64,000 nt of DNA, from positions 21,600-85,599 of the forward strand of contig PBHR01000023.1 of the NCBI GenBank assembly GCA_002720275.1, read 5' to 3'. This document shows, piece after piece, positions 30,742 through 41,556 of this stretch (position 1 is the stretch's first letter; every line of letters starts with the position of its first letter). A program made the position numbers and the translations under genes. This DNA is from Methanobacteriota archaeon (GTDB taxonomy: Archaea > Thermoplasmatota > Poseidoniia > Poseidoniales > Poseidoniaceae). A model generated the notes under the pieces. It made no database searches. It saw nothing but the letters and a program-made list of their open reading frames with translations, and was not told the DNA's origin.

Positions 30742-32025
30742 ATGTTAGATATTAGCGACTTCAGAGATAATGCAAACGTCATTAAAGCCGATCATGACAA
30801 ACGGGGTTTACCTCATGATAATATTGATGAAGTTATTAAATTAGACGAGGAGTGGAGAAAAGCAGTATACGAACAAAGTTTAGCAAGAAAGGAAAGAAAT
30901 GATACAGCAAAATTAATTTCGGACGCCAAAAAGTCAGGAAATAATGATGAAATGCAAAAACTTCTTTCAAATGTTAAAAGTTTGGGAAATAAAATTGATG
31001 AGTTAGATAAGTTAGCCAATGAATTAAAAGAAAATCGAGATTTAATAAGAATGTCAATTCCAAACATCTTACATGAAGATGTTCCAATAGGTGACGATGA
31101 TGAAGGAAATACATTACATTCTGAACATGGGAATAAACCACACTTCTCATTTAAACCAAGAACTCATAATGAACTACTAGAAATGAATAATTGGGCAGAA
31201 CTGCCTAGAGCAGCAAAAATAGCAGGTAGTAGGTTTTATTTCCTTAAAGGTGATTTAGCAAGATTGGAAATGGCTTTACAATCTTATTCAGTAGATTTTA
31301 TGACAAAAAAGAATTTTACTTTAATGCATCCTCCAACAATGATGAATCGTAAAGCATACGAAGGAGTAACTGATTTGGCTGATTTTGAAACCGTAATGTA
31401 TGGAGTAGAGCCAGATGGATACTATATGATTGCGACAAGTGAACACCCACTAACTGCAATGTTTATGGATGAAATAATTGAGCCTAGTTTACTTCCAATT
31501 AAATTAGTTGGTGTTTCTCCTTGTTTTAGGCGTGAAGTAGGAGCTCATGGACAATCAGACAAGGGGATTTGGAGAGTTCATCAATTTACAAAAATAGAGC
31601 AAATTATCATTAGTCATCCAGAAGAGTCATGGGAGTATCATGAAGATATGCTAAAAAATTGTATTGATTTATGGAATTCCCTTAATATTCATTACCGTGT
31701 TGTAAATATTTGTACTGGTGATATGGGAACTGTTGCGAGTAAAAAATATGATTTAGAAGCATGGTTACCGGGGCCAAATGAATTCAAAGAAATTGTTTCT
31801 TGCTCAAATTGTACTGATTATCAAGCTAACAGATTAAAAATGAGATATAGAACTCCTGAAGGAAATTCATCAGTGCATACATTAAATTCAACAGCAGTAG
31901 CTACAAGTAGAGCACTCGTTGCAATTATGGAGCAAAATCAATTAGAAGATGGTAGAATCAAAATTCCTGATGTATTACAACCCTATATGAATGGGCAAGA
32001 TATGCTAGAGCCAGCACCTTTCTGA
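30742..32025 (+). CDS. serS: Seryl-tRNA synthetase
   Basis: N-terminal coiled-coil arm, ATSEHP, CFRREVG, RVHQFTKIE, SCSNCTDYQ and HTLNST. Confidence 0.97.
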   Translation: MLDISDFRDNANVIKADHDKRGLPHDNIDEVIKLDEEWRKAVYEQSLARKERNDTAKLISDAKKSGNNDEMQKLLSNVKSLGNKIDELDKLANELKENRDLIRMSIPNILHEDVPIGDDDEGNTLHSEHGNKPHFSFKPRTHNELLEMNNWAELPRAAKIAGSRFYFLKGDLARLEMALQSYSVDFMTKKNFTLMHPPTMMNRKAYEGVTDLADFETVMYGVEPDGYYMIATSEHPLTAMFMDEIIEPSLLPIKLVGVSPCFRREVGAHGQSDKGIWRVHQFTKIEQIIISHPEESWEYHEDMLKNCIDLWNSLNIHYRVVNICTGDMGTVASKKYDLEAWLPGPNEFKEIVSCSNCTDYQANRLKMRYRTPEGNSSVHTLNSTAVATSRALVAIMEQNQLEDGRIKIPDVLQPYMNGQDMLEPAPF

Positions 32026-32034
32026 TGTGAAAAA

Positions 32035-32385
32035 ATGCAATTGAAAATTCTCCATAATCCACGTTGTTCAAAATCAAGGCAAGGGAAGAGATTATTAGAA
32101 GAGAAAAATATTACATTTGAAACTATATTATATCTTGATGAACAAATATCAAAGATAGAAATGGGAAAAATTGTGAATAATTTTTCAGACTCACCAATTT
32201 TACTTGTGAGAACTAAAGAAAAATTATTCAAAGATTTAAAGATAAAGAAGGAAGATCTAAATGATAAAAAATACGTTGTAGATGTATTATCAAAATATCC
32301 AAAATTAATTGAAAGACCGCTACTTTTATCCGAAAAAAAGACAATTATAGGAAGACCTCCTGAAAATTTTTTAAAATTAATTTAA
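32035..32385 (+). CDS. ArsC/Spx/MgsR family protein (glutaredoxin-type arsenate reductase-like)
   Basis: HNPRCSKSR, LIERP and IGRPPE. Confidence 0.9.
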   Translation: MQLKILHNPRCSKSRQGKRLLEEKNITFETILYLDEQISKIEMGKIVNNFSDSPILLVRTKEKLFKDLKIKKEDLNDKKYVVDVLSKYPKLIERPLLLSEKKTIIGRPPENFLKLI

Positions 32386-32432
32386 ATCCATATTTAGTGA
32401 GACTCAAATAATTAAGCACATTCGCACTCTCT

Positions 32433-33851
32433 ATGCAGGTATATGAAAAATTGTATATCGATGGAAAATGGGTTACACCAAGTAGTACTACAAGTATTGA
32501 AGTTACAAACCCCACAAACGAACAAATTATTGGAAAAGTCCCTGCAGGAGGCACTTCTGATGTTGATTTAGCTGTAAGTGCTGCAAAAAAAGCATTTCCA
32601 ATATGGTCTAAAAGTAGTATTGAAGAGAGGATAAGCATTCTTAATTCATTATCAACTGAAATAAAAGAACGTACTGAAGAACTTGCACAAACAATTACTG
32701 CAGAAGTCGGAACTCCAATAGAATATAGTCGAATGGCAATGGTCGGAACTCCAAGAGTTGTTACAAGATCTTATGCTAAAATTCTTGAAAATTTTGAATG
32801 GGAAGAAGAAGTTCGAAATTCATTGATTGTAAAAGAACCCATTGGAGTATGTGCTTTTATTACTCCTTGGAATTTTCCCTTACACCAAATAATTGGAAAA
32901 GTAGCTCCTGCATTAGCAGCAGGTTGTACAATGATTCTTAAACCAAGTAAAGAAGCACCATTAAATGCATTTTTATTGGCAGAAATTATGGATAAAATTG
33001 GACTTCCAAAAGGGGTTTTCAATTTGGTTAGTGGACATGGTTCAGAAATAGGAGAATATATGTCAAAGCATTCTGATGTTGATATGGTTTCATTTACTGG
33101 TTCAACAAATGCGGGAATACGCGTTAGCCAAGCTGCAGCCCCTACAGTAAAAAGGGTAACATTAGAATTAGGTGGGAAAAGTGCAAATGTTGCTCTAAAA
33201 GATGCTGATCCAACATTAATTGGAAAAATGGCAATTAGCGGGTGTTATCAAAATTCTGGACAAACTTGCTCTGCATTAACAAGATTAATCATTCCATCAG
33301 AAATGAAAGAAGAAGTATGCGAAGTAATAGTAAGTAGGATAGCAAGATATACCGCTGGAGACCCATTAGACGAAAACACAAGATGTGGTCCCATGGTTAG
33401 TTTAAAGCAACAAGAGAGCGTAACAAATTATATTCAAACCGGAATTAATGAAGGGGCAACATTACTTTCTGGTGGTTTAGGAATGCCAGATAATTTAGAT
33501 TCAGGGTTTTTCGTAAAGCCTACTGTTTTTGCAGATGTTTCTCCTGAAATGACAATTTGGAAAGAAGAAATCTTTGGTCCGGTTCTAGTAATAGCAACAT
33601 ATGAATCAGAAGAAGATGCTCTTTCACTTGCTAATGATTCAATCTATGGGCTTTCTGGAGCTGTATGGTCTGCAAGTCAAGAAAAAGCCATTAATTTTGC
33701 AAAAGAAATGAGAACTGGTCAAGTTAGTGTAAATGGTGGACATTTCAATGTAAGTGCCCCATTTGGTGGATACAAAATGTCAGGAAATGGAAGAGAACTA
33801 GGATTACAAGGCTTAGAAGAATTCTTAGAAATTAAATCAATACAACTATAG
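32433..33851 (+). CDS. Aldehyde dehydrogenase family protein
   Basis: ITPWNFP, SFTGST, LELGGKS, NSGQTC, EEIFGP and PFGGYK. Confidence 0.95.
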   Translation: MQVYEKLYIDGKWVTPSSTTSIEVTNPTNEQIIGKVPAGGTSDVDLAVSAAKKAFPIWSKSSIEERISILNSLSTEIKERTEELAQTITAEVGTPIEYSRMAMVGTPRVVTRSYAKILENFEWEEEVRNSLIVKEPIGVCAFITPWNFPLHQIIGKVAPALAAGCTMILKPSKEAPLNAFLLAEIMDKIGLPKGVFNLVSGHGSEIGEYMSKHSDVDMVSFTGSTNAGIRVSQAAAPTVKRVTLELGGKSANVALKDADPTLIGKMAISGCYQNSGQTCSALTRLIIPSEMKEEVCEVIVSRIARYTAGDPLDENTRCGPMVSLKQQESVTNYIQTGINEGATLLSGGLGMPDNLDSGFFVKPTVFADVSPEMTIWKEEIFGPVLVIATYESEEDALSLANDSIYGLSGAVWSASQEKAINFAKEMRTGQVSVNGGHFNVSAPFGGYKMSGNGRELGLQGLEEFLEIKSIQL

Positions 33852-33918
33852 ATGATTTAAAATCAATCAAATAATCGCAGGTTTATTGTGGGATGTATGT
33901 TCAGAGAGGCATGTTAGA

Positions 33919-35121
33919 ATGAAACAAAAGGCGACCTCGTTGTTTATTATTTTTGCAATGTGCAGCATTGCTTTTTCTGGATGTACTGAAACATTTGCTT
34001 CAAATCAACCACCTGAAATTTCATTAAAAATTAGCCCCAATGGCGCAATTAAAGCAGAGGAGACGATTACATTTGATGCAAGTGCAACAATAGATAGGGA
34101 TGGAGATACTCTAGTATTTTTATGGGACTTTGACGATAGTGATGGAATCCAAAGAGAAGAATCAGGAAGTGAAGTTACGTGGGAATATAATATTGAAGGA
34201 ACCTATGTAGTAACCTTGACAGTTGAAGATGGTCAATTTAGCCAAACAAAAACAACTGAAATTGAAGTGATTCCGAAAGATTCAGTTCGTCCTGAAGCAG
34301 ATGCAGGGTCTAGGATGGGAATTGATGATTGTGATGGCGAAGAAACTTCTGACTCTTCAAGAGAGTTTTATCTTTATTTCATTTGTGAAGAAAAGGAAAA
34401 TAATGACCGTGAAATTGATGCAACTATTGATATCTTGTTAGATGGTTCTGCTAGTGGCCACGATGATCCTAACCATTATTTATCAAAATACGAATGGGAT
34501 TTAGACGTTAATTTTGATGCCGATGGTGATGGAGATGCAACTAATGATGTTGATGCTACTGGAGAAACATATACTTGGAAAGACAGAGCCCCTGGAAAAT
34601 GGGAAGTGCAGCTAACTGTAACAGACGATAGAGGGTTAAAGGATTCTGATGAAGTTACAGTCTATGTTAACTATGTTGGAGAATGGACAGACTTTACAGT
34701 AGGTAGAAATGTATCTGGTGGTGATCCAACTCTTGAATTTGAATACAATGCTGTTTATGAAGAATCTCCTTCTGCTAATAGAGTAAAAAGTATTTCTTTT
34801 GAACTGACATATGAAAAGAAGGATCCAGATGGTTCAGCCTTTGGGACTGTCGCTACTGATCAAAATTTAGATATATACGTGTATAATAAAACAAAGGAGC
34901 CAAAAGATGTTGCAAATACATCTAGTGATACGCCTGAACAACGTCAAGGAGGTGCTAATTTTGAATGTGATACCGAAAATGATTTTTGTGTTCTTGAACA
35001 AATTTCAGGCTCTTATCATGTTAAAAAATATTATCCAGGGCCTTGGAGTGCGGAAATATTTAATACTGAACAAAATGAAGCAGATGTTAAAAAATTCACC
35101 ATACGCATAACTTTCAAATGA
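33919..35121 (+). CDS. PKD-domain lipoprotein
   Basis: Lipobox-like AFSGC; two PKD-like repeats (FDASAT.D.DG...WDF; LDGS.S...YEWD...VQLTVTDDRG); acidic. Confidence 0.85.
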   Translation: MKQKATSLFIIFAMCSIAFSGCTETFASNQPPEISLKISPNGAIKAEETITFDASATIDRDGDTLVFLWDFDDSDGIQREESGSEVTWEYNIEGTYVVTLTVEDGQFSQTKTTEIEVIPKDSVRPEADAGSRMGIDDCDGEETSDSSREFYLYFICEEKENNDREIDATIDILLDGSASGHDDPNHYLSKYEWDLDVNFDADGDGDATNDVDATGETYTWKDRAPGKWEVQLTVTDDRGLKDSDEVTVYVNYVGEWTDFTVGRNVSGGDPTLEFEYNAVYEESPSANRVKSISFELTYEKKDPDGSAFGTVATDQNLDIYVYNKTKEPKDVANTSSDTPEQRQGGANFECDTENDFCVLEQISGSYHVKKYYPGPWSAEIFNTEQNEADVKKFTIRITFK

Positions 35122-35186
35122 AATTTACAATAGTTTCTTTCATATATAGGTTTATTGTCGGACTGCTTGCTAAGGAGTGATAAAAG

Positions 35187-36467
35187 ATGCCGTCACAATG
35201 GGAAGATAAAAGCAAAACGCACCTAAACATGGTGTTTATTGGTCATGTAGATCATGGAAAATCGACGACAGTAGGACGTCTATTGTTAGATAGTGGTCAC
35301 ATTGAACAACACGTAATTGAAAAAAATGAAAAGCTTGCAAGTGAACAAGGAAAAGCAGGTTTTGGTCTAGCTTATGTAATGGATGGATTAAAAGAAGAAA
35401 GAGAAAGAGGAATTACAATTGATGTTGCTCATAAAGAATTCTTTACACCAAACTATTACTGGACTATCATAGATGCACCAGGCCACAGAGATTTCGTTAA
35501 GAATATGATCACTGGAGCAAGTCAAGCCGATGCTGCAGTACTACTTTGTGCTGCTAATGATGGTGTAAATGCACAAACTAAGGAGCATGCATTCCTAGCA
35601 CGTGTATTAGGTGTTTCACAATTAATTGTTAATGTAAACAAAATGGATATTTCTGGTGTTGATTGGTCAGAAGATAAGTATAAAAAAGCATGTGATGAAG
35701 TTAGTAATTTACTAAAAGTCGCTGGTTTTAATCCTGCAGATGTTCCAATGATTCCATGCTCTTCATTAAATGGGGATAATATTTTCAATAAATCAGATAA
35801 AACACCTTGGTACTCAGGACCTACTCTTTTCGAAGCTATTGATGCAGTAAGTATGCCACCAAAACCAATCGATAAACCATTAAGATTACCAATTCAAGAT
35901 GTTTACAAAATTGGCGGCATAGGAACAGTGCCAGTAGGAAAGGTTGAAACTGGGGTACTAAACTCTGGTAAAACCGTTGTTTTCAATCCAAGTGGTAAAA
36001 GTGCAGAGGTTAAATCAATTGAAATGCACCATACAATAGTAGATAAAGCTGAACCAGGAGATAATGTTGGTTTCAACTGCCGTGGACTTTCAATTCAAGA
36101 CATTAGAAGAGGAGATGTTGCAGGATATTCAGATAAAGCTCCTGTATACGTAAGACATGATGAAACATTTGTTGGCAATATCCAAATTATGGATATTCCT
36201 AAAGCGATCTCTGTTGGATATACTCCAGTATTCCACTGTCACACAAGCCAAGTAGCTGTTAAATTTGTAGAGTTAATGAAGAATCTAAAAGATGGTTCAA
36301 CTCCTTCTTTCTTAAAGACTGGAGATGCTGCAACCGTTAAGTTCCAACCTACAAAACCAATGGCTATTGAAACTAAAGATGATTTCCCTGAATTATGTAG
36401 ATTCGCAATCAGAGATATGGGTAAAACTGTTGCTGCTGGTATGTGTATCGCTATTCAAAAGAAATAA
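35187..36467 (+). CDS. tuf: Translation elongation factor EF-1 alpha
   Basis: [37 protein letters not shown] and [20 protein letters not shown]. Confidence 0.98.
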   Translation: MPSQWEDKSKTHLNMVFIGHVDHGKSTTVGRLLLDSGHIEQHVIEKNEKLASEQGKAGFGLAYVMDGLKEERERGITIDVAHKEFFTPNYYWTIIDAPGHRDFVKNMITGASQADAAVLLCAANDGVNAQTKEHAFLARVLGVSQLIVNVNKMDISGVDWSEDKYKKACDEVSNLLKVAGFNPADVPMIPCSSLNGDNIFNKSDKTPWYSGPTLFEAIDAVSMPPKPIDKPLRLPIQDVYKIGGIGTVPVGKVETGVLNSGKTVVFNPSGKSAEVKSIEMHHTIVDKAEPGDNVGFNCRGLSIQDIRRGDVAGYSDKAPVYVRHDETFVGNIQIMDIPKAISVGYTPVFHCHTSQVAVKFVELMKNLKDGSTPSFLKTGDAATVKFQPTKPMAIETKDDFPELCRFAIRDMGKTVAAGMCIAIQKK

Positions 36468-36497
36468 TTTAGATAAGATAATGAAGGTGAGTTGGAA

Positions 36498-36827
36498 ATG
36501 GCCAGTGTCACCGTTATAAAATTGACTAGCGAGAAACATAAAGACGTTGATGAGGTTTGTACTCACATCAAGGCTATTTGTGATAATGCAGGTGTTGCTA
36601 TGAGAGGTCCTATACCACTACCAACACGTAGATTGGTAGTGCCATGTAGGAAATCACCAGATGGCGAAGGATGTGAAACATATGATCATTGGGAAATACG
36701 CATCCACAAAAGACTTCTAGAAGTTAAATTGGCTACAAATAAAGATGAAGTCGCTCTAAGACAAATTGCAAGAATTGCCATTCCTGATTCAGTAAGTATA
36801 GAATTAGCAATGAGAAGTGTTGTTTAG
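36498..36827 (+). CDS. rps10: 30S ribosomal protein S10 (uS10)
   Basis: GPIPLPT..L.VP.RKSPDGEG..TYDHWEIRIHKRL; follows tuf. Confidence 0.96.
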   Translation: MASVTVIKLTSEKHKDVDEVCTHIKAICDNAGVAMRGPIPLPTRRLVVPCRKSPDGEGCETYDHWEIRIHKRLLEVKLATNKDEVALRQIARIAIPDSVSIELAMRSVV

Positions 36828-37726
36828 AGTTCTGCTAATTCTGCAAAACCTAAATCAATTAGCATATTAGCAAATGCTTCATCAAGTTGATGAATATCTC
36901 CAATTGTTAATATTAATTCTTTACCATCTGAATCTAAAAAAGGTTCTTCATCATCCTTAATTATTCTAATTCTTAAAATAGATTTGATTTCTGAATTTTG
37001 AACATCGTTATCAAGAGATTGTATAGATTGTTCTATTAAAGGTTCAGAAAAATTTTCTGCATTGGCTATTCTTTCTTCATCATCCTCGAAATCATCCATA
37101 ATTTCTTGTTCAGTTTCTGTTTCAACAAAAAATAATTCGGGTGCACCATCTTTAGTAAACTTTTCATCAATAAAATCGTCAAGTTGTGTAGTTCCCACTG
37201 GTACTTTAAGATCCTCATTATCAAAATTACCTAAAACACCAAATTGAATTTTTTCCCAATTAATTTCAGATTTAAACTTACGAATCAAATCCTCAACTTG
37301 TAAATAAAATGCCCTCTCATTTGAATCGTGTTTACCCCAATCCATAGATTCGATTCCTTGAAATTTGATTATTCCATCCCCGGGAAAGGGATTTGCATTA
37401 AATAAATTAGTAGTGGAATGTTCTAACATTGAAACTAAACGCTTTCTAGCTAATTCTGAGGCTGCTCTACGAATATTTGATTGTCTTTTAGCGGCAGCCT
37501 GAGTACGTAAACTCCAACCTTCAGCTTTACCTAATCGATTTACTTCTACTTCTAAAAAATTACACAACTCTGAAATTTTTTCCCAAAAGTCTTTTCGCGG
37601 AAGAGATACTGGACCACTTCTATTTATTTGTCTACGTAATACTGCATGAAGTTCTTCTTCGATTTGCTTAGCTAAATTAGCATCGATAGAATTGTCCATC
37701 TGCTCGTCTCCCCCCATGTCTGCCAA
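36824..37726 (-). CDS. Probable GINS (Gins51-like) DNA replication factor
   Basis: Helical N-terminal domain, acidic linker, and C-terminal RIRIIKD..PFLDSDGKELILTIGDIHQLDEAFANMLIDLGFAE resembling the GINS B domain. Confidence 0.65.
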   Translation of the reverse strand: MADMGGDEQMDNSIDANLAKQIEEELHAVLRRQINRSGPVSLPRKDFWEKISELCNFLEVEVNRLGKAEGWSLRTQAAAKRQSNIRRAASELARKRLVSMLEHSTTNLFNANPFPGDGIIKFQGIESMDWGKHDSNERAFYLQVEDLIRKFKSEINWEKIQFGVLGNFDNEDLKVPVGTTQLDDFIDEKFTKDGAPELFFVETETEQEIMDDFEDDEERIANAENFSEPLIEQSIQSLDNDVQNSEIKSILRIRIIKDDEEPFLDSDGKELILTIGDIHQLDEAFANMLIDLGFAELAEL

Positions 37727-37806
37727 ACGTTAACAAAACATGACGGGTTATGAATTATTCATTAAACAACAAGGCTGAAATGTATAAAACTTTGAGTATG
37801 AATGTT

Positions 37807-37888
37807 GCCGAGGTAGGAAAGCGGTCAACTCCGGGGGATTCAAGATCCTCTCCCTAGCGGTTCGCAGGTTCGAATCCTGCCCTCGGCA
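37807..37888 (+). tRNA. tRNA-Leu(CAA)
   Basis: Acceptor stem GCCGAGG/CCTCGGC, anticodon arm GGGGA-TTCAAGA-TCCTC, extended variable arm, T-arm GCAGG-TTCGAAT-CCTGC. Confidence 0.95.
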
Positions 37889-37903
37889 CCTTTAAATTAA
37901 TAA

Positions 37904-37943
37904 AAAAATTCAATTGCAAAATTAATTTTTCAATTAGAAAATT
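37904..37943. repeat. Tandem pair of 20-bp imperfect palindromes (second locus)
   Basis: AAAAATTCAATTGCAAAATT + AATTTTTCAATTAGAAAATT; cores start at 37911 and 37931. Confidence 0.55.
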
Positions 37944-38004
37944 TCCAAAGGTAAACACCACTAATACAGAGAATTATTAATGATATGATTGTAGTGGGAG
38001 TTAT

Positions 38005-41000
38005 GTGTCAGACTCGAATAATGACGATGATTTTTTATTTCTTCAAGAGGATGAGAAAATAACCTCAACTCCAATAATCAAACCCAAAAAAGTTAAAATA
38101 AAAAATGAAGAAAATTCAGAAAGTGATGCAGTTTTAATTAATGAAAAGAAAACAAAAAAGAATTATGATTATTCTAAATTATTAGCCAAATTAACTAAGT
38201 TTTCGTATCAATTATTAATTTTCGCAATATTATGGCGACTAATAATATTTTATGATTTAGAATATCTACAAACAGAAAATTTGGAAAATAGTAGTGTATT
38301 AGACTATCCGACGTGGGCGATATACACTTTTTCCATCCTTTCTATTATGTTGTTTTTGACTTCCACATTCGCTTTTTCTGAATTCATATTTGGTTATAAT
38401 TTAAATGATCCTCAGGATAATTTTTCTGAAGATAACAATTCAAAAGAAGTCGATTCAGGCCTATATTCTTCATTAGGGGGTGTTTGGAATGTTGGGTGGG
38501 AAATTTTTGGAATAGATTGCCCTGATTGTGCATTAAAAATAACTAAATCTCTCAATTCATTAAAAGGAATTGAAAATACTGAAGTATCTATTACAACAAC
38601 ATTGGTACATTTTGAAATAGATCTTGAATTACAAACAATTTCTAAAGTAAATCGTATACTATGTGATTTAGGATATGCCCCCAATGCAAAGTGGTGGGAG
38701 CTTGCGGGCGTCTCTTCAAAAAGTACCCTTGCAAAATTAAATTTAAATGAAAATAAATTATTAAATCGTATAAACATTCAAGCAGGAGTACTTGAAAGTA
38801 GAATTGAAGAAGATAAAATATTTATCAGATTACCAACAAAAGTTGAGGGGGAATTAACAAAAGAATTCCAGAAGGCAATAGATGAGGCCCTTAATCAAAA
38901 AATAACATTAAAGCCTAAAGGGGGTGAATGGGGTTTACGTCCAGATCAAAAACAATTACTTGATGGGATTGTTGGATTAATTTTTCTACCAATAGTATTC
39001 TTAATTCAATTTTTAGTTGAGAAAAATGGAAACATAAATTCAGTAGAATATCAACTACAATACTTAATTGCTTTACCTGTAATCATTATTAGTTCTAACC
39101 AACTTAGAAAAAAGGCTATTGAAAGCGTTAAAAGATTGCAATTAAGTTTTGAAACATTAATTTCAATGGCTGTTTTAGGTGCTATGTTTCTGCATGCCTG
39201 GTTTGAAGCATTGCTAATAATTGTTTTAATTGCGTTAGCCAATAATTTGGAAACTTCTGCGATTAAAAAGGCAAGGGAATCTATGCAAGGAGGATTGAAT
39301 AGAATTCCAAATGAAGCAAGATTAGTTAAAAAATCAACTGATGTTTCAAAAATCGTAAAAATTAAATCATTCAAACTTTCTTTAGATTCTAATAATAAAC
39401 TCAAGAAAAAAAGTAATTCGGAAATGGTACCCGTGGGATTATTAAATATTGGAGATCATATAGAGATTAGAACTGGTGAAATTATCCCCATAGATGGAAA
39501 TATCATTTCGGGAGAAGGTTTAGTAGATAAATCAGCACTTACGGGAGAAGCATTACCAATTAACCTCAATAAAGGTGATTTTATTGAAGCGGGGTTAATC
39601 CTAACTCGTGGGCCTATAGTCGTAGAAACAAGCGCAACAGGAGTAAATACTCGTTTAAGTGAATTAATTGAAACAACGAAGTTATATCAAGAATCACCAA
39701 CTCGCTTACATTCTATCTTAGAATTATTCACAAATATTTGGGTTCCATTAGTGCTCTTTGGATCAATGTTTGTTGCATTAATGATACCCGAGTCCGTAAT
39801 TGGGGAAGGGAACAGAATCAAAATTATATTATTATTGTGGGTTACTGCTTGTCCTTGCGCATTATTAATTTGTGCACCAATTCCGCATTCAATTTCAATT
39901 TCAATGGCTTCAAATAAGGGAGTAATTGCTAAAGGTGGAGATGTATTAGAAAGGATAGCGAAAGTAAATCTTGCATTACTAGATAAAACAGGAACTTTGA
40001 CAGAAGGACGTCCACAAATTACACAGATAGTGTCAACAAAAGGTTCTAAAATAAAAACTATTATCGGAATTGCTTCTGGTTTAGAATTATCCTCTAATCA
40101 CCCATATGCATCAGCAATTATTGATAAAAGTAATGAAGAAAATATTCAACCATATAAAATTCAAAATTTAATTGATGGAGAGGGTGGCATCACTGGAAAA
40201 TATGATGGAGAAACTGTGGCTATTGGAAATATAAATTGGATTAAAAAACAAGGGTTCAAGATTCCTAAAGACCTCCTAGAAAAATTAGAAAATACTGAAG
40301 TCACTGGAATTTCAATATTAACAAAAGGAACTAATGCCATTGCTGCCTTTGGATTTGCTTCAGACGCACTAAACCCAAATTCCTCAAAATTAATTTCAAA
40401 TTTAAGTAAACAGGACATAAAAGTAGAATTACTGAGTGGAGATAATCAAGAGTCTGTAAATAAAACAGCGAATGACTTAGGTATCCCTGTAGAGATTTGT
40501 AGAGGGGGTTTAACTCCTGAACAAAAAGTAGATTGGGTTGAACAAAGATCTACAACACACATCACACTTATGGCTGGCGATGGGTTTAATGATGCAGCAG
40601 CTATGGCTAAAGCAGACGTAGGAATTTCAGTTGGTAATAAAGAGCAATTAAATCTTGATTCTGCTGATGTAATGATACCTTCAGAAAGACCAGATCTTAT
40701 TTCATCATTATGTGAATTGTCTAGAAAAACAAGAAATATTGTAATTCAAAATTTGGTTATTTCAATTTCATTGACTTTATTGTTAGTGATGTCTGTAATT
40801 TCGGGTAAAAATGACCAGTTGTGGCTTAATGTTTTAGCACATGAGTTTTCAGTTCTATTGGTAATACTAAATGCGATGAGATTAGGTTCATATCAATTCG
40901 ATGAAATGTCAACTGATAAAAACGAAAATAAGAAATTTAATATCTTTTCTATAATTTCAAAAATTTTCAAGGAGCTTTATGATGATTCAAAAGAAGTTGT

Positions 41001-41019
41001 TAAAACAATATTAAATTAG
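38005..41019 (+). CDS. Heavy-metal-translocating P1B-type ATPase (Zn/Cd/Co-like) with N-terminal membrane extension
   Basis: GIDCPDC HMA motif, LTGE, CPC, DKTGT, HP, GDGFND and HEFSVLLVILNAMRL. Confidence 0.93.
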   Translation: MSDSNNDDDFLFLQEDEKITSTPIIKPKKVKIKNEENSESDAVLINEKKTKKNYDYSKLLAKLTKFSYQLLIFAILWRLIIFYDLEYLQTENLENSSVLDYPTWAIYTFSILSIMLFLTSTFAFSEFIFGYNLNDPQDNFSEDNNSKEVDSGLYSSLGGVWNVGWEIFGIDCPDCALKITKSLNSLKGIENTEVSITTTLVHFEIDLELQTISKVNRILCDLGYAPNAKWWELAGVSSKSTLAKLNLNENKLLNRINIQAGVLESRIEEDKIFIRLPTKVEGELTKEFQKAIDEALNQKITLKPKGGEWGLRPDQKQLLDGIVGLIFLPIVFLIQFLVEKNGNINSVEYQLQYLIALPVIIISSNQLRKKAIESVKRLQLSFETLISMAVLGAMFLHAWFEALLIIVLIALANNLETSAIKKARESMQGGLNRIPNEARLVKKSTDVSKIVKIKSFKLSLDSNNKLKKKSNSEMVPVGLLNIGDHIEIRTGEIIPIDGNIISGEGLVDKSALTGEALPINLNKGDFIEAGLILTRGPIVVETSATGVNTRLSELIETTKLYQESPTRLHSILELFTNIWVPLVLFGSMFVALMIPESVIGEGNRIKIILLLWVTACPCALLICAPIPHSISISMASNKGVIAKGGDVLERIAKVNLALLDKTGTLTEGRPQITQIVSTKGSKIKTIIGIASGLELSSNHPYASAIIDKSNEENIQPYKIQNLIDGEGGITGKYDGETVAIGNINWIKKQGFKIPKDLLEKLENTEVTGISILTKGTNAIAAFGFASDALNPNSSKLISNLSKQDIKVELLSGDNQESVNKTANDLGIPVEICRGGLTPEQKVDWVEQRSTTHITLMAGDGFNDAAAMAKADVGISVGNKEQLNLDSADVMIPSERPDLISSLCELSRKTRNIVIQNLVISISLTLLLVMSVISGKNDQLWLNVLAHEFSVLLVILNAMRLGSYQFDEMSTDKNENKKFNIFSIISKIFKELYDDSKEVVKTILN

Positions 41020-41065
41020 CGACCATTTGATATATCTCAATAGTTTACCTATGTTCAAGGTTGAT

Positions 41066-41554
41066 ATGTCAAAGATACGTGGTGATCCAAAACAAATTGC
41101 TCTAGCACATCCTACACGTGCAGCAATGTACAATATTTTGTGTTCAAAAGAAGAAATGGCTACTGTCGAATTAGAAAAAGAAATTAAAGTTACAAGATAC
41201 CACCTTTATCATCATTTAAAACAATTACAAGAAGCAGGATTAGTTGAAAATCACAGAGATCAAGGTAGAGCTAAATTTTGGAAAGTTATAGAAAAAATTG
41301 ATACTCCAAAAATTTCTTCTAGTAAATCTACAATTTCAAACGAGGCGATTTGGATTAATCAAATCCCCTCTGAAATTATTAAATTATTAGAAAGTGGAGG
41401 AGAATTGAAATTTATTCCAATTAGTTCTTCTGCTGTAGATGCAATTAATGCAAAAAATGCAATAAATTCAATTGCTAAAGAATTTGGAATAGATTTAGAT
41501 TTACCATTTACTTTTGTCCCAGGGGGCATAATTATAGTTTCCAAAGGGCGTTAG
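41066..41554 (+). CDS. ArsR-like winged helix-turn-helix regulator
   Basis: ALAHPTRAAMY..L...HLYHHLKQLQEAGLV; directly downstream of the ATPase. Confidence 0.85.
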   Translation: MSKIRGDPKQIALAHPTRAAMYNILCSKEEMATVELEKEIKVTRYHLYHHLKQLQEAGLVENHRDQGRAKFWKVIEKIDTPKISSSKSTISNEAIWINQIPSEIIKLLESGGELKFIPISSSAVDAINAKNAINSIAKEFGIDLDLPFTFVPGGIIIVSKGR

Positions 41555-41556
41555 AG

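Noticed and set aside
35187..36827. tuf-rps10 lacking upstream rps12/rps7/fusA as a novelty
   Set aside because: Splitting of the str operon is common in archaea
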